Positions 35,425-44,062 are shown, counted from the stretch's first letter. The stretch is DNA of 64,000 nt from a bacterium (GCA_017744355.1 JAGIBK010000003.1:54547-118546), one strand, 5' to 3'. Program-made: numbers and translations. Notes: generated by a model not told the origin, from the sequence alone.

Positions 35425-36072
35425 ATGAAACGGGTAAACATGTCAACCTGGATCGTCACGGGTCTCGCCCTCACGGCAGCCGGTTGCTCGACTGCGGCTC
35501 CGAGCGTCCCGCCCGTCAGCGACACGCAGAACCCGACCCCTCAAGTCGCCCCTGAGCGCGGCGTTCTCGCGGAAGGCCAAGAGCCCAACGCAGAAGTATT
35601 GAACGCGCTGCCCAAGCGGATCAGCGAAGCCGATGCCAGGAAGATCCTCGTCAACCTGCCCGCTGACAAGGTCCAGGGCTCTTTGACGGGCGACGACGAC
35701 CGTAGCATCATGCAGCGTGGTCGCGGCGGTGGGTTCCGGGGCGGTGGGTTCCGGGGCGGTGGGTTCCGGGGCGGCGGGTTCCGGGGCCGTGGCTTCACGG
35801 GTCGCGGGTTCCGGGGCCGTGGCTTTACGGGTCGTGGCTTCCGGCGATTTACGGGCCGCGGCTTCCGTAACAACATCTTCGTTGGCGGCCTCGGGTTTGA
35901 TACTTTCGCCTACTATCCCTACGCCAACTACTACTATCCGTACTATCTGTACGACGGCTACTACTATCCGTACTCCTACCCCTACTACGGCAATTACTAC
36001 TATCCGTACTACTACGGCGCTGGCTCGTACTACTATCCGAGTTACTGGCGCTACGGCCGCCGGTGGTGGTAG
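35425..36072 (+). CDS. Secreted protein (possible lipoprotein) with RGG repeats and Tyr/Pro-rich C-terminal tail, paralog 2
   Basis: ATG 35425 with identical RBS context; signal peptide MKRVNMSTWIVTGLALTAAGC; GGGFRGGGFRGGGFRGGGFRGRGF… then YYPYANYYYPYYLYDGYYYPYSYPYYG…. Confidence 0.72.
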   Translation: MKRVNMSTWIVTGLALTAAGCSTAAPSVPPVSDTQNPTPQVAPERGVLAEGQEPNAEVLNALPKRISEADARKILVNLPADKVQGSLTGDDDRSIMQRGRGGGFRGGGFRGGGFRGGGFRGRGFTGRGFRGRGFTGRGFRRFTGRGFRNNIFVGGLGFDTFAYYPYANYYYPYYLYDGYYYPYSYPYYGNYYYPYYYGAGSYYYPSYWRYGRRWW

Positions 36073-36092
36073 GCAAGGAGCATCTTGCCGAT

Positions 36093-36135
36093 GGCGCGGG
36101 ATCCCGGCGGATCCCGCGCCGCTTCTTGTTTTGCG
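36093..36135 (+). terminator. Rho-independent terminator of RGG paralog 2
   Basis: ggcgcgggatcc / ggatcccgcgcc stem with cggc loop, followed by gcttcttgttttg. Confidence 0.7.
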
Positions 36136-36213
36136 CGTGATTCATTCGTGATTTGGCCGCAACACGCCGCCCTTACCATCGAAGCCGTCAGCCACATCCC
36201 GAGGAGGATCCCG

Positions 36214-36435
36214 ATGGAGAGCCAATCGCCCGAACTGGAGCAACTCTTTCGCACCATCTCCCTGGCCACCGTCGTCATGGCCGTGGTCTGGCTCGGGCTC
36301 TTCCTCACGGATCCCCCGAGCGTCCTCGGCCCGGCCAGCTTTGCCCAACCCCGCCCCGAGGCCAGAGTGCTCGACGCCTACGACACGAGCGAGCGAGCCG
36401 AGACCTTCCGCGCGATGGTCAAGGATCTGAACTAG
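36214..36435 (+). CDS. Small hypothetical membrane protein (73 aa)
   Basis: GAGGAGG RBS 6 nt upstream of ATG 36214; one hydrophobic helix (ISLATVVMAVVWLGLFL); GC-biased third positions. The track's longer ORF from 36085 has an implausible Arg-rich N-terminus. Confidence 0.55.
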   Translation: MESQSPELEQLFRTISLATVVMAVVWLGLFLTDPPSVLGPASFAQPRPEARVLDAYDTSERAETFRAMVKDLN

Positions 36436-36445
36436 AAGGCGGTGC

Positions 36446-36451
36446 TATAAT
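36446..36451 (+). promoter_or_regulatory. Consensus -10 hexamer TATAAT 6 nt upstream of the mnmA ATG (leaderless-type arrangement)
   Basis: TATAAT at 36446-36451; ATG at 36458; no SD sequence in between. Confidence 0.35.
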
Positions 36452-36457
36452 GGCCGC

Positions 36458-37510
36458 ATGGCAAAGAAAGTCGCAATCGGACTCAGCGGCGGGGTCGACA
36501 GTGCCGTCGCCGCCTACCTCCTCCAGCAAGCGGGACACGAGCTGGTCGGGGTCACCTCGCTCAACTACGCCGAGTCTCGCTGCTGCGACGCACGCTCCGT
36601 CTTCGAGGCCAAGCGCGTCGCCGAGTTCTTGGGCTTCCCGTACCACACCATCGACCTGATCCTGCCCTTCAAGCAGCGGGTGGTGGACGCCTTCACCGAA
36701 GGCTACCAGGCGGGCCTCACCCCCAACCCCTGCACCATCTGCAACGCCGAGGTCCGCTTCGAGGAGCTCTTCGACGAGGCCGAGTGGCGCTTCGAGGCCG
36801 AAGCGATCGCGACCGGCCACTACGCCCGGGTGCGCTACAGCGAGGAGCACGGTCGTCACCAGCTCTTGCGCGGGGTGGATGCGAGCAAGGACCAGTCCTA
36901 CATGCTCTACCGCCTCGACCAGCGCCAGCTCGCGCGTGCCATCTTCCCGCTCGGCGAGCTCCACAAGACCGAGACCCGCGCCATCGCCGAGAAGATCGGC
37001 CTCGAAGTCGCCAAGAAGGCCGATAGCCAAGACGTATGCTTCGTCATGGGCGACACCCTGGGCTTTATCAAGCGCGAGATCGGCGATCGCCTCTCGCCGG
37101 GCCCCATCGTGGACACCGAGGGCAAGCGCCTCGGCACCCACGAGGGCATCGCCTACTACACCGTCGGCCAGCGTAAGGGCCTGGGCATCACCAGCGCCCA
37201 GCCCATGTACGTGGTGCGGCTCGAGCCTGCGACCAACACCGTGGTGGTGGGCCCCCGTGAGGCGGTCCTGGTCGATTCGCTCGTCTCGCGCGAGGTCAAC
37301 TGGGTCTCGTGGGCCCGACCCGACGCCCCCTTCCGGGCCGAGGTCCAGATCCGCTACAAGACGACACCCGCCCCCTCGACCGTCACCCCCACCGAGGACG
37401 GCTTCCGGATCGACTTCGACGAGGGCCAGTTCGCGGCCTCTCCCGGCCAGGTGGCTGCGGTCTACGTGGGGGACGTGCTGGTAGCAGGCGGCGTGATCGC
37501 TGTTTCCTGA
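36458..37510 (+). CDS. mnmA: tRNA 2-thiouridine(34) synthase (tRNA-specific 2-thiouridylase)
   Basis: PP-loop motif GLSGGVDSAVAAYLL and catalytic Cys region NPCTICNAEVRF. Confidence 0.92.
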   Translation: MAKKVAIGLSGGVDSAVAAYLLQQAGHELVGVTSLNYAESRCCDARSVFEAKRVAEFLGFPYHTIDLILPFKQRVVDAFTEGYQAGLTPNPCTICNAEVRFEELFDEAEWRFEAEAIATGHYARVRYSEEHGRHQLLRGVDASKDQSYMLYRLDQRQLARAIFPLGELHKTETRAIAEKIGLEVAKKADSQDVCFVMGDTLGFIKREIGDRLSPGPIVDTEGKRLGTHEGIAYYTVGQRKGLGITSAQPMYVVRLEPATNTVVVGPREAVLVDSLVSREVNWVSWARPDAPFRAEVQIRYKTTPAPSTVTPTEDGFRIDFDEGQFAASPGQVAAVYVGDVLVAGGVIAVS

Positions 37511-37523
37511 CCCCTCGGCAAAG

Positions 37524-37552
37524 CGGGTGCCCAACGGCACCCGTTCTTTTTT
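37524..37552 (+). terminator. Rho-independent terminator of mnmA
   Basis: cgggtgcc / ggcacccg stem with caac loop, followed by ttctttttt. Confidence 0.85.
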
Positions 37553-37554
37553 GC

Positions 37555-37597
37555 TTGACAACTGACCAGCGGTCATTTATTAATTGACCATCGGTCA
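37555..37597 (+). promoter_or_regulatory. Predicted sigma-70-type promoter (TTGACA-N17-TATTAA) overlapped by two 13-bp palindromes TGACCnnnGGTCA; putative TetR operator
   Basis: TTGACA 37555-37560; TATTAA 37578-37583; palindromes TGACCAGCGGTCA (37563-37575) and TGACCATCGGTCA (37585-37597); AAAGGAG RBS then ATG 37615. Confidence 0.6.
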
Positions 37598-37614
37598 GTT
37601 AAAGGAGCCCCCCC

Positions 37615-38295
37615 ATGCGTCGCGCCCGCCACAGCGAACAGAAGCTCGAACGACGTTCGTGCATCCTCGAAGCCGCGCTCGCCCTGTTCGTCGAGACATC
37701 CTTCCAGGCCATCACCATGGCCCAGGTCGCCGAGCGGGCTGGCGTCGCCAAGGGCACGCTCTACCTCTACTTCACGAGCAAGGAGGCTGTCTTCCTCGCG
37801 ATCCTGCAGGAGCAGCTCTTGCCCGCCTACTTCGACGGGGTCGAGCGCGCCCTTGGCGCGCTCAGCCCGCCCACGGGGCCGCACAGCCTCGCGCGCCTCA
37901 TCTGCGAGCCGTTCCGCGAACGACCCGAGATCGCGCGCCTGCTCGGCATCCTGCCGGGGATTCTCGAACAGAACCTCTCGCTCGAAGCGGCGATTTCCTT
38001 CAAGCGTTTTCTGCTCGCGCGCACCGCGCAGGCAGGCGCCACCCTCGAGCGAACGCTCCCCGTGCTCGCACCCGGGGATGGCCTGCGGCTCATCCTCCGC
38101 AGCCACGCCTTGATCATCGGCCTCCAGCAACTCGCGGACCCCAGCCCCCTCGTTCGCACCGCCTACGAGGCCCCCGGCCTCGACGTGTTCAAGCTGGATT
38201 TCACCCAGGAGCTCGAAGCCACCCTCGGCATGCTCTTCGCCGGGCACGCCCTCGTGACAGGAGAATCCAATGAATCTCACCAGCCTCAAGGGTAG
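37615..38295 (+). CDS. TetR family transcriptional regulator
   Basis: N-terminal HTH (…FQAITMAQVAERAGVAKGTLYLYFTSKEAVF…). Confidence 0.85.
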   Translation: MRRARHSEQKLERRSCILEAALALFVETSFQAITMAQVAERAGVAKGTLYLYFTSKEAVFLAILQEQLLPAYFDGVERALGALSPPTGPHSLARLICEPFRERPEIARLLGILPGILEQNLSLEAAISFKRFLLARTAQAGATLERTLPVLAPGDGLRLILRSHALIIGLQQLADPSPLVRTAYEAPGLDVFKLDFTQELEATLGMLFAGHALVTGESNESHQPQG

Positions 38296-39058
38296 GACCG
38301 CGCTCGTGACGGGCGCCTCGAGCGGGCTCGGCAGCGACTTCGCGCGCCACCTGGCCGAGGCGGGCTGCCACCTGGTCCTCACGGCCCGACGCGAAGAGCT
38401 GCTCAAGGCCTTACAGCAAGAGCTCAGCGAGCGCCACGGCGTCAGGGTCGAGGTCGTCGCGCTCGACCTCGGCGCGCCGGGCGCCCCGGACCAGCTCTAC
38501 GAGCGCCTCGCAGCGGACGGCATCGAAATCGACGTGCTCGTCAACAACGCGGGCTTCGGACTCTACGGCGACTTCCTGGACATCCCCTGGGAGCGCGAGC
38601 GCGCCATGCTGGAGCTCGACATCCTCGCCCTGGTGCATCTCACCAAGCGATTCGCCAAGGACATGGTCGCGCGCAAGTTCGGCTATATCCTCCAGGTGAG
38701 CTCGATCGGGGCCTACCAGCCCACTCCGACCTACGCCAGCTACTCGGCGGCCAAGAGCTTCGTGCTCAGCTTCGGCGAGGCGCTCAACCACGAGCTCAAG
38801 GGCACCGGCGTCTCCTGCACCGTCCTCTCGCCAGGCGTCACGGCCACCGCCTTCCTCGAGGTCTCGGGCCAGGCCCCCACCTTCTACCAGCGCCTGGCCA
38901 TGATGCGGAGCCCCGAGGTCACGCGCATCGGCCTGCAAGCGCTGCTGCGCCGCCAGTCCAGCGTCGTGCCCGGCCTCTTGAACGCCGTGACGGCGTGGTC
39001 CACCCGCCTGATGCCCCGACCGTTCGCCGCCGCCGTCGCCCACCGCCTGATGCGCTAG
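38270..39058 (+). CDS. Short-chain dehydrogenase/reductase (SDR) family oxidoreductase
   Basis: TGASSGLG cofactor motif and YSAAK catalytic motif; overlaps the tetR 3' end. Confidence 0.88.
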   Translation: MNLTSLKGRTALVTGASSGLGSDFARHLAEAGCHLVLTARREELLKALQQELSERHGVRVEVVALDLGAPGAPDQLYERLAADGIEIDVLVNNAGFGLYGDFLDIPWERERAMLELDILALVHLTKRFAKDMVARKFGYILQVSSIGAYQPTPTYASYSAAKSFVLSFGEALNHELKGTGVSCTVLSPGVTATAFLEVSGQAPTFYQRLAMMRSPEVTRIGLQALLRRQSSVVPGLLNAVTAWSTRLMPRPFAAAVAHRLMR

Positions 39059-39086
39059 GCGCAAGGCCCCGACCAAGGAGGTCCCC

Positions 39087-40463
39087 GTGAGCCCCGATGC
39101 CCTCCCTGCCACCATGGACGCCCAGCGCGCCTTCTTCCGGAGCGGCAAGCCGCACGAGCCGGAATTTCGCATGGAGAGCTTGCGCCGGCTGCAAGGCGCC
39201 CTCCAGCGCCACGAAAAGGCGCTCCTCGACGCGCTGCGCGCGGACCTCGGCAAGTCCGAAGCCGAGGGCTACCTGACCGAGGTGGGCTTCGTCCTGCAAG
39301 AGGTCCGGCATACCCTCAAGCACCTGCCCCGCTGGGTCCGCCCCCGCCGGGTGCCGACGCCCCTCGTGTTCCAACCGGCCAGGCAGCGTCTTTACTATGA
39401 GCCCCTGGGCGCGACGCTCATCATGGCCCCCTGGAACTACCCGGTCGGCCTCACCCTCTCGCCGCTGGTCGGTGCGATCGCCGCGGGCAACACCGTCGTC
39501 CTGAAGCCCTCGGAGCTCGCGCCGGCCTCCTCGCGGGCGATCGCCGAGCTGGTGCGCGACGCCTTCGACCCCGCGCACGTGTCAGTCGTGGAAGGCGGCA
39601 AGGAAGTCTCCCAGGCCCTCTTGGCCGAGACCTGGGACCACATCTTCTTCACGGGGGGCACGGGCATCGGCCGGATCGTGGCCAAGGCCGCAGCCGAGCA
39701 CCTCACCAAGGTGACCCTCGAGCTGGGCGGCAAGAGCCCTGCGATCGTCACGGCTCAGGCCCGCCTCGACGTGGCGGCCCGCCGCATCGCCTGGGGCAAG
39801 TTCACCAACGCGGGCCAGACCTGCGTGGCTCCTGACTACCTGCTCGTCGAAGCGCGCGTCTACGCGCCCTTCCTCGCCGAACTCAAGGCGGCCATCCGCG
39901 CCATGTACGGCGAGAATCCCGCCACGAGCCCCGACTACGGGCGCATCATCAACGGGGCGCACTTCGAGCGCCTGAAGGGCCTCATCACCCCGGAGGCGCT
40001 CATCCTGGGCGGGGAGCACGACGCCCAAGCGCGCTACATCGCTCCGACCCTCCTCGGCGACGTGCCTGCGACGCACCCGGCCATGCAGGACGAAATCTTC
40101 GGGCCCATCCTGCCGGTGCTCAAGGTTCCGGACCTGGAGGCTGCGATCGCGCGGATCTCCGAGCACCCCAACCCGCTCGCGCTCTACGTGTTCTCAGAGG
40201 ATCGCCGCGAGCAGCAGCGGGTGATCGCGAGGGTGCCCTTCGGGGGCGGCTGCGTCAACCACACCATCGTTCACCTGGCGGATCCGAACCTGCCGTTCGG
40301 TGGGCGCAATCAGAGCGGACTCGGGGCCTACCACGGGGAGCACTCGTTCGAGGTGTTCTCCCACCGCAAGGCCGTCCACGAGGCGGCGACCTGGCTCGAC
40401 CCGACCCTCAAGTACCCGCCCTATGCGCGCCAGCTGCCCCTGTTGCGCAAGCTGCTCCGCTAG
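39087..40463 (+). CDS. Aldehyde dehydrogenase family protein (class-3-like)
   Basis: ELGGKSP and catalytic Cys in GQTCVAPDY; GTG start with AAGGAGG 5 nt upstream. Confidence 0.9.
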   Translation: MSPDALPATMDAQRAFFRSGKPHEPEFRMESLRRLQGALQRHEKALLDALRADLGKSEAEGYLTEVGFVLQEVRHTLKHLPRWVRPRRVPTPLVFQPARQRLYYEPLGATLIMAPWNYPVGLTLSPLVGAIAAGNTVVLKPSELAPASSRAIAELVRDAFDPAHVSVVEGGKEVSQALLAETWDHIFFTGGTGIGRIVAKAAAEHLTKVTLELGGKSPAIVTAQARLDVAARRIAWGKFTNAGQTCVAPDYLLVEARVYAPFLAELKAAIRAMYGENPATSPDYGRIINGAHFERLKGLITPEALILGGEHDAQARYIAPTLLGDVPATHPAMQDEIFGPILPVLKVPDLEAAIARISEHPNPLALYVFSEDRREQQRVIARVPFGGGCVNHTIVHLADPNLPFGGRNQSGLGAYHGEHSFEVFSHRKAVHEAATWLDPTLKYPPYARQLPLLRKLLR

Positions 40464-40921
40464 ATCCGGAAGCCCTGGGCGGGCAGCTCGCCACGCTCGC
40501 GCAGGCGGGCGATCGCCTTCTCGACGGTCTCACGCTCGCTCTTGTAGGTGAGGATGGGCAAGGTCTCTTCGAGCGACCACCAGCGAGCCTCGTCTACCTC
40601 TTCGCAGGCATCGGTCGCCTCGCCGCTCACGTAGCGCAACAGGTAGAAGTGAACGGTCTTGTGGACCTTGACCTCTTCCTCCTTGGCGTAGAACCAGTAG
40701 GAGATGGTGGAAAGGCGGTCGATGACCTCGCCCTCGATGCCGGTTTCCTCGAAGATCTCGCGCCGGGCGGTCTGCTCGAGCGTTTCGCCGGCTTCGACGC
40801 GTCCCTTGGGCAGCGCCCAGACGCGCCCGCCGCGGATGGCGATGAGCGCGATCTCGATGCGATCCTCGTGCCGGCGAAAAACCACGCCGCCAGAGGATAC
40901 CTGGTGCTTGACCTTGGCCAA
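40460..40921 (-). CDS. NUDIX hydrolase
   Basis: NUDIX box GRVEAGETLEQTARREIFEETGIEGEV. No in-frame ATG in the NUDIX region; TTG at 40921 with AGGAAG-like RBS chosen (alternative GTG at 40972 lacks an RBS). Stop overlaps the convergent aldehyde dehydrogenase stop. Confidence 0.7.
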   Translation of the reverse strand: MAKVKHQVSSGGVVFRRHEDRIEIALIAIRGGRVWALPKGRVEAGETLEQTARREIFEETGIEGEVIDRLSTISYWFYAKEEEVKVHKTVHFYLLRYVSGEATDACEEVDEARWWSLEETLPILTYKSERETVEKAIARLRERGELPAQGFRI

Positions 40922-41005
40922 GAGGGCTTCCTGTCCTTTCCAATGCCGTAAGGGCGTCTGATATTCTAACACGCAAGGGACCCAAGAGGCGCTAGAATTA
41001 CTCCC

Positions 41006-41617
41006 ATGGCCGCATTCCGCTACCTCATGCTCAACAAGCCCTATGACGTCCAGAGCCAATTCTCGGGCGACGACCCCGTCCAGACCCTCAGGGGCTACGT
41101 CCAGGTCCCGGGCGTCTACCCGGTCGGCCGTCTCGACAAGGACTCGGAAGGCCTCCTGCTCTTGACCGACGACGGGGGGCTTTCGCACCGGCTCACCGAC
41201 CCGCGCTACGAGCATCCCAAGACCTACCTGGTCCAGGTCGAGCGCATTCCCGACGAGGCCGCGCTCCACGCGCTGCGCACCGGGGTCGTCTTCGAGGGCA
41301 AGCAAAGCCGCCCGGCGGAGTTCGAGCTGCTGGACGCGCCGCCGGATCTTCCCGAACGGCCGGTGCCGGTGCGTTTCCGCAAGAACGTGCCCACCGCCTG
41401 GCTCAAGGTAGTGCTGCGCGAAGGACGCAACCGCCAGATTCGCAAGATGACCGCCGCGGTGGGGTTTCCGACCCTGCGCATCTACCGGGTGGGGCTCGGG
41501 GGCCTCAGTCTCGGGGCGCTGCCCCCCGGCGCCTGGCGCGAGCTGAGCTCCGAGGAGGTCGCCGCCCTCCGCGCCCTCTCGCGCCCCCCGTCAGGTGGCC
41601 GGCGGCGTCGCCGGTAG
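41006..41617 (+). CDS. rRNA pseudouridine synthase (RsuA/RluE family, no S4 domain)
   Basis: Catalytic Asp motif GRLDKDSEGLLLLTDDG and RNRQIRKM motif. Confidence 0.85.
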   Translation: MAAFRYLMLNKPYDVQSQFSGDDPVQTLRGYVQVPGVYPVGRLDKDSEGLLLLTDDGGLSHRLTDPRYEHPKTYLVQVERIPDEAALHALRTGVVFEGKQSRPAEFELLDAPPDLPERPVPVRFRKNVPTAWLKVVLREGRNRQIRKMTAAVGFPTLRIYRVGLGGLSLGALPPGAWRELSSEEVAALRALSRPPSGGRRRRR

Positions 41618-43597
41618 GGTGAACCAGAAAGAGCTGCCCTTGCCCGGCGCGCTGTCGACGCCGACCTCGCCGCCGTGGGCCTCCACGATGGTCCGGACGA
41701 TGGGCAGACCGAGGCCCGTGCCGCCGGCCTTCTTGCCGGCCTCGGTCTGGAAGAACTGGTCGAAGAGGTGGGGGACAGCCTCGGGGGGGATGCCGAGGCC
41801 CGTGTCGTTTACCTCGGTCCGGGTCCGACCGTCGGCCTCCTTGCAGGCCTTCACCGTGATCCGCCCGCCCGTGGGCGTGAACTTGATGGCGTTGGAGAGC
41901 AGGTTGTTGAGCACCTGGATCAGGCGGTCCGGATCCGCCACGAGGGTGATGGGCGCGCTCGGCGGCTCGACCGAGAGCGTCAAGCCCTTGCGCTCGGCCT
42001 CGTACTCGAACTTGGCGCACGTCTCTTGCAGGAAGGGCCCGTAATCGAACTCGGTCGGCTCGATCTTGAAGCGGCCGGCTTCGAGGCGGGCGAAGTCCAG
42101 CAGCTCGTTGAGCAGCCGGGTCATGTAGTCGCTGGACTTCAGGATCTGGTCGACGAATTGCAGCTGCTCGTCGCCGAGCTTGCCGCCCATTCCCTCTTGC
42201 AGGAACTCCGCGTAGCCCACGATCGAGGTGAGCGGGATGCGCAGGTCGTGGCTGACGGCGTTGAGGAAGGTCCACTTCACCTTGTCGAGCTCGGTGAGCC
42301 GGGCCATGGCGCGCTGGAGCTTCTCGTTGGCCTCCTGAAGGGCGTGGACGTTCTCCTCTAGGCGCGAAGTGGTGGCATTGAAGCTCTGCCCCAGGTCGTC
42401 GATCTCGACAAGCTCCTCGCGCCCCGCCCGGGTCGAGAGGTCCCCGTCCGCCACGGCGTGGAGGGCCTGGCGCAGGCGGCCCAAAGGTCGAGTGAGCAAG
42501 GGGGTCATGAGCCTGGCGAGCACGAGCGCGCAGGCCAGGAGGACCGCAAGCACGATGAGCGCGTTACTCAAGCGGCGCGTGACTTCTTGGAGCAGCACCT
42601 GGTGGTCGATCACGGCGACGACCTGCCACGGCCCCCGCACGAGGGTGACGTAGGCGCCCCGCACCACGTCCAGCTCCTGCAAGAAAACCGGCTGGTTCTT
42701 TGTTCCGGCCGCGATCGAGACGGTCCCCTGCGGGCCGGCGAAGGGCAGCCGGCGGACCAAGGCCTCGGGCAAGGGGTTCCCGACGGTCACAAGCACGCGC
42801 CCATCCCCCGCCACGAGGGCAAAGGATGCGACCGAATGCGTGGGATCCTCCGCGAGGCGCGCTTCGAGCTCCGCCTTCAAGTCTTCCGGCTGCGAGGCCG
42901 CCCCGTCGTTCGCGAAGCGGCGCTGGATCGCAAGCGCCGCCTCGCTCGCCGTGTTCTGCGCGATCGCCTCGGCCCGCTGCCCCCAGAGCTCGCCGAACTC
43001 GCGCGAGCCGGTCGCCGTCAGTACCAGGATCGGGATGCTCGCGGCGAGCATCGCGAGGATCAAGACCAGCTTGCGCAGGGTCATCGCCGGCAGGTAGGCA
43101 CCGCTGATGGCGCCACGGAGCCAGCGGCGCACCGGCGGAACGAGCAGGAGGGTCTCGGCGAGTGTCGCGCAGATCAGGGCGTTGAGCAGTTGCTTGAAGC
43201 CCACCGCGAACAGCGCGAAGCGGACGGTGTCCGAGAGGGGCCACCCGTCGGTGAGCGCCACCTCGGAGGGAATCCCGAACACGAGCCAGAAGAGCGGCGC
43301 CGAGACCAGCGGCGACCAGCGGCGCGCCAGGGCGCCGACGAAGAAGCCCTCGAAGCCATAGCGCAACAGGGCGGGCGGATCCGCCCAGTAGACGAGCGTC
43401 GGAAGGGCCGAGGCCATGCCCGCGACCAGCCCCCACCAGGGCCCACCCACGATAGCTGCCACCATGACCACCGCGCTGCCGAGCACGAAGTGGATACCGG
43501 GCAAAAGCGGGACGGGAAAGAGGTTGACCAGGCAGGCGAGACCGGCGAAGGCGGCCAAAACGAGGAGGCGCTTTCCTTTCGAGTCCGGCGTTTGCAT
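41591..43597 (-). CDS. Sensor histidine kinase with multi-pass membrane sensor domain
   Basis: N-terminal hydrophobic region; H-box SHDLRIPLTSI; HATPase region with N, G1 and G2 motifs (NLLSNAIKFT, DTGLGI, GGTGLGL). Confidence 0.88.
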   Translation of the reverse strand: MQTPDSKGKRLLVLAAFAGLACLVNLFPVPLLPGIHFVLGSAVVMVAAIVGGPWWGLVAGMASALPTLVYWADPPALLRYGFEGFFVGALARRWSPLVSAPLFWLVFGIPSEVALTDGWPLSDTVRFALFAVGFKQLLNALICATLAETLLLVPPVRRWLRGAISGAYLPAMTLRKLVLILAMLAASIPILVLTATGSREFGELWGQRAEAIAQNTASEAALAIQRRFANDGAASQPEDLKAELEARLAEDPTHSVASFALVAGDGRVLVTVGNPLPEALVRRLPFAGPQGTVSIAAGTKNQPVFLQELDVVRGAYVTLVRGPWQVVAVIDHQVLLQEVTRRLSNALIVLAVLLACALVLARLMTPLLTRPLGRLRQALHAVADGDLSTRAGREELVEIDDLGQSFNATTSRLEENVHALQEANEKLQRAMARLTELDKVKWTFLNAVSHDLRIPLTSIVGYAEFLQEGMGGKLGDEQLQFVDQILKSSDYMTRLLNELLDFARLEAGRFKIEPTEFDYGPFLQETCAKFEYEAERKGLTLSVEPPSAPITLVADPDRLIQVLNNLLSNAIKFTPTGGRITVKACKEADGRTRTEVNDTGLGIPPEAVPHLFDQFFQTEAGKKAGGTGLGLPIVRTIVEAHGGEVGVDSAPGKGSSFWFTLPATPPAT

Positions 43598-43618
43598 CGT
43601 GCCTACCTCGCTGCGGCC

Positions 43619-44062
43619 TCAGGCCTGCGGGCTGATGATCGCATCGCCCCGAAACGAAGCCTCGCCCTGAATCCGCTCGCGCAGATCGGCAGGGAGCTGG
43701 ATGGGGCGCCCCTCCCGGTTGACCACCACGTGCGCCGTCCAGCCCTCGGTGACGAGGCGATCGCCCTTGTAGATCCGGTAGACGAAGCGGAAGGACCGGC
43801 TGCGCAACTCGGCGATCCGGCTGACGATCGTCAGCTCGTCGTCGTAGCGGACCGGCGCCAGGTACTTGGCCGAGAGCTCGGCGACCACCACGAAGGCCCC
43901 CGAGGCTTCCATGGCGTTGTAGTCGAGGCCGATGGCCCGCAGGTAATCGCCACGCGCCACCTCGAACCAGACGATGTAGTTGGCGTGATAGGCGACCTGC
44001 TGGGCGTCGGTCTCGGCGTAGCGAACGCGCAGCGACGTCTTGACTTCGCGCGACAGGCTCAT
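43619..44062 (-). CDS. Acyl-CoA thioesterase, YbgC/FadM-like (hotdog fold)
   Basis: …DAQQVAYHANYIVWFEVARGDYL… typical 4HBT region. Confidence 0.82.
   Translation of the reverse strand: MSLSREVKTSLRVRYAETDAQQVAYHANYIVWFEVARGDYLRAIGLDYNAMEASGAFVVVAELSAKYLAPVRYDDELTIVSRIAELRSRSFRFVYRIYKGDRLVTEGWTAHVVVNREGRPIQLPADLRERIQGEASFRGDAIISPQA

Noticed and set aside
34310-35555. Short plus-frame ORFs 34310..34642 and 35265..35555 sharing the peptide QPLASTSAH(R/K)G
   Set aside because: The shared peptide arises from nucleotide conservation of the duplicated leader; translations are Arg/Pro/Ser-rich, lack RBS and overlap the real gene starts out of frame. Interpreted as non-coding leader.
34804-36151. 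GFGFGRGFG / YYYPYY coding repeats considered as a possible DNA tandem repeat or CRISPR-like array
   Set aside because: The repeats are in-frame, imperfect at DNA level, and lie inside ORFs with RBS, signal peptide and terminator; no regular repeat-spacer architecture. No CRISPR array is present in the window.
40530-41305. Track ORFs 40530..40985 (-) and the long N-terminal extension of 40460..41305 (-)
   Set aside because: The 151-aa ORF is in the wrong frame for the NUDIX box; the N-terminal 130 residues of the 281-aa ORF are antisense to the pseudouridine synthase gene and Arg/Val/Gly-rich. The NUDIX CDS was trimmed to a TTG start at 40921.
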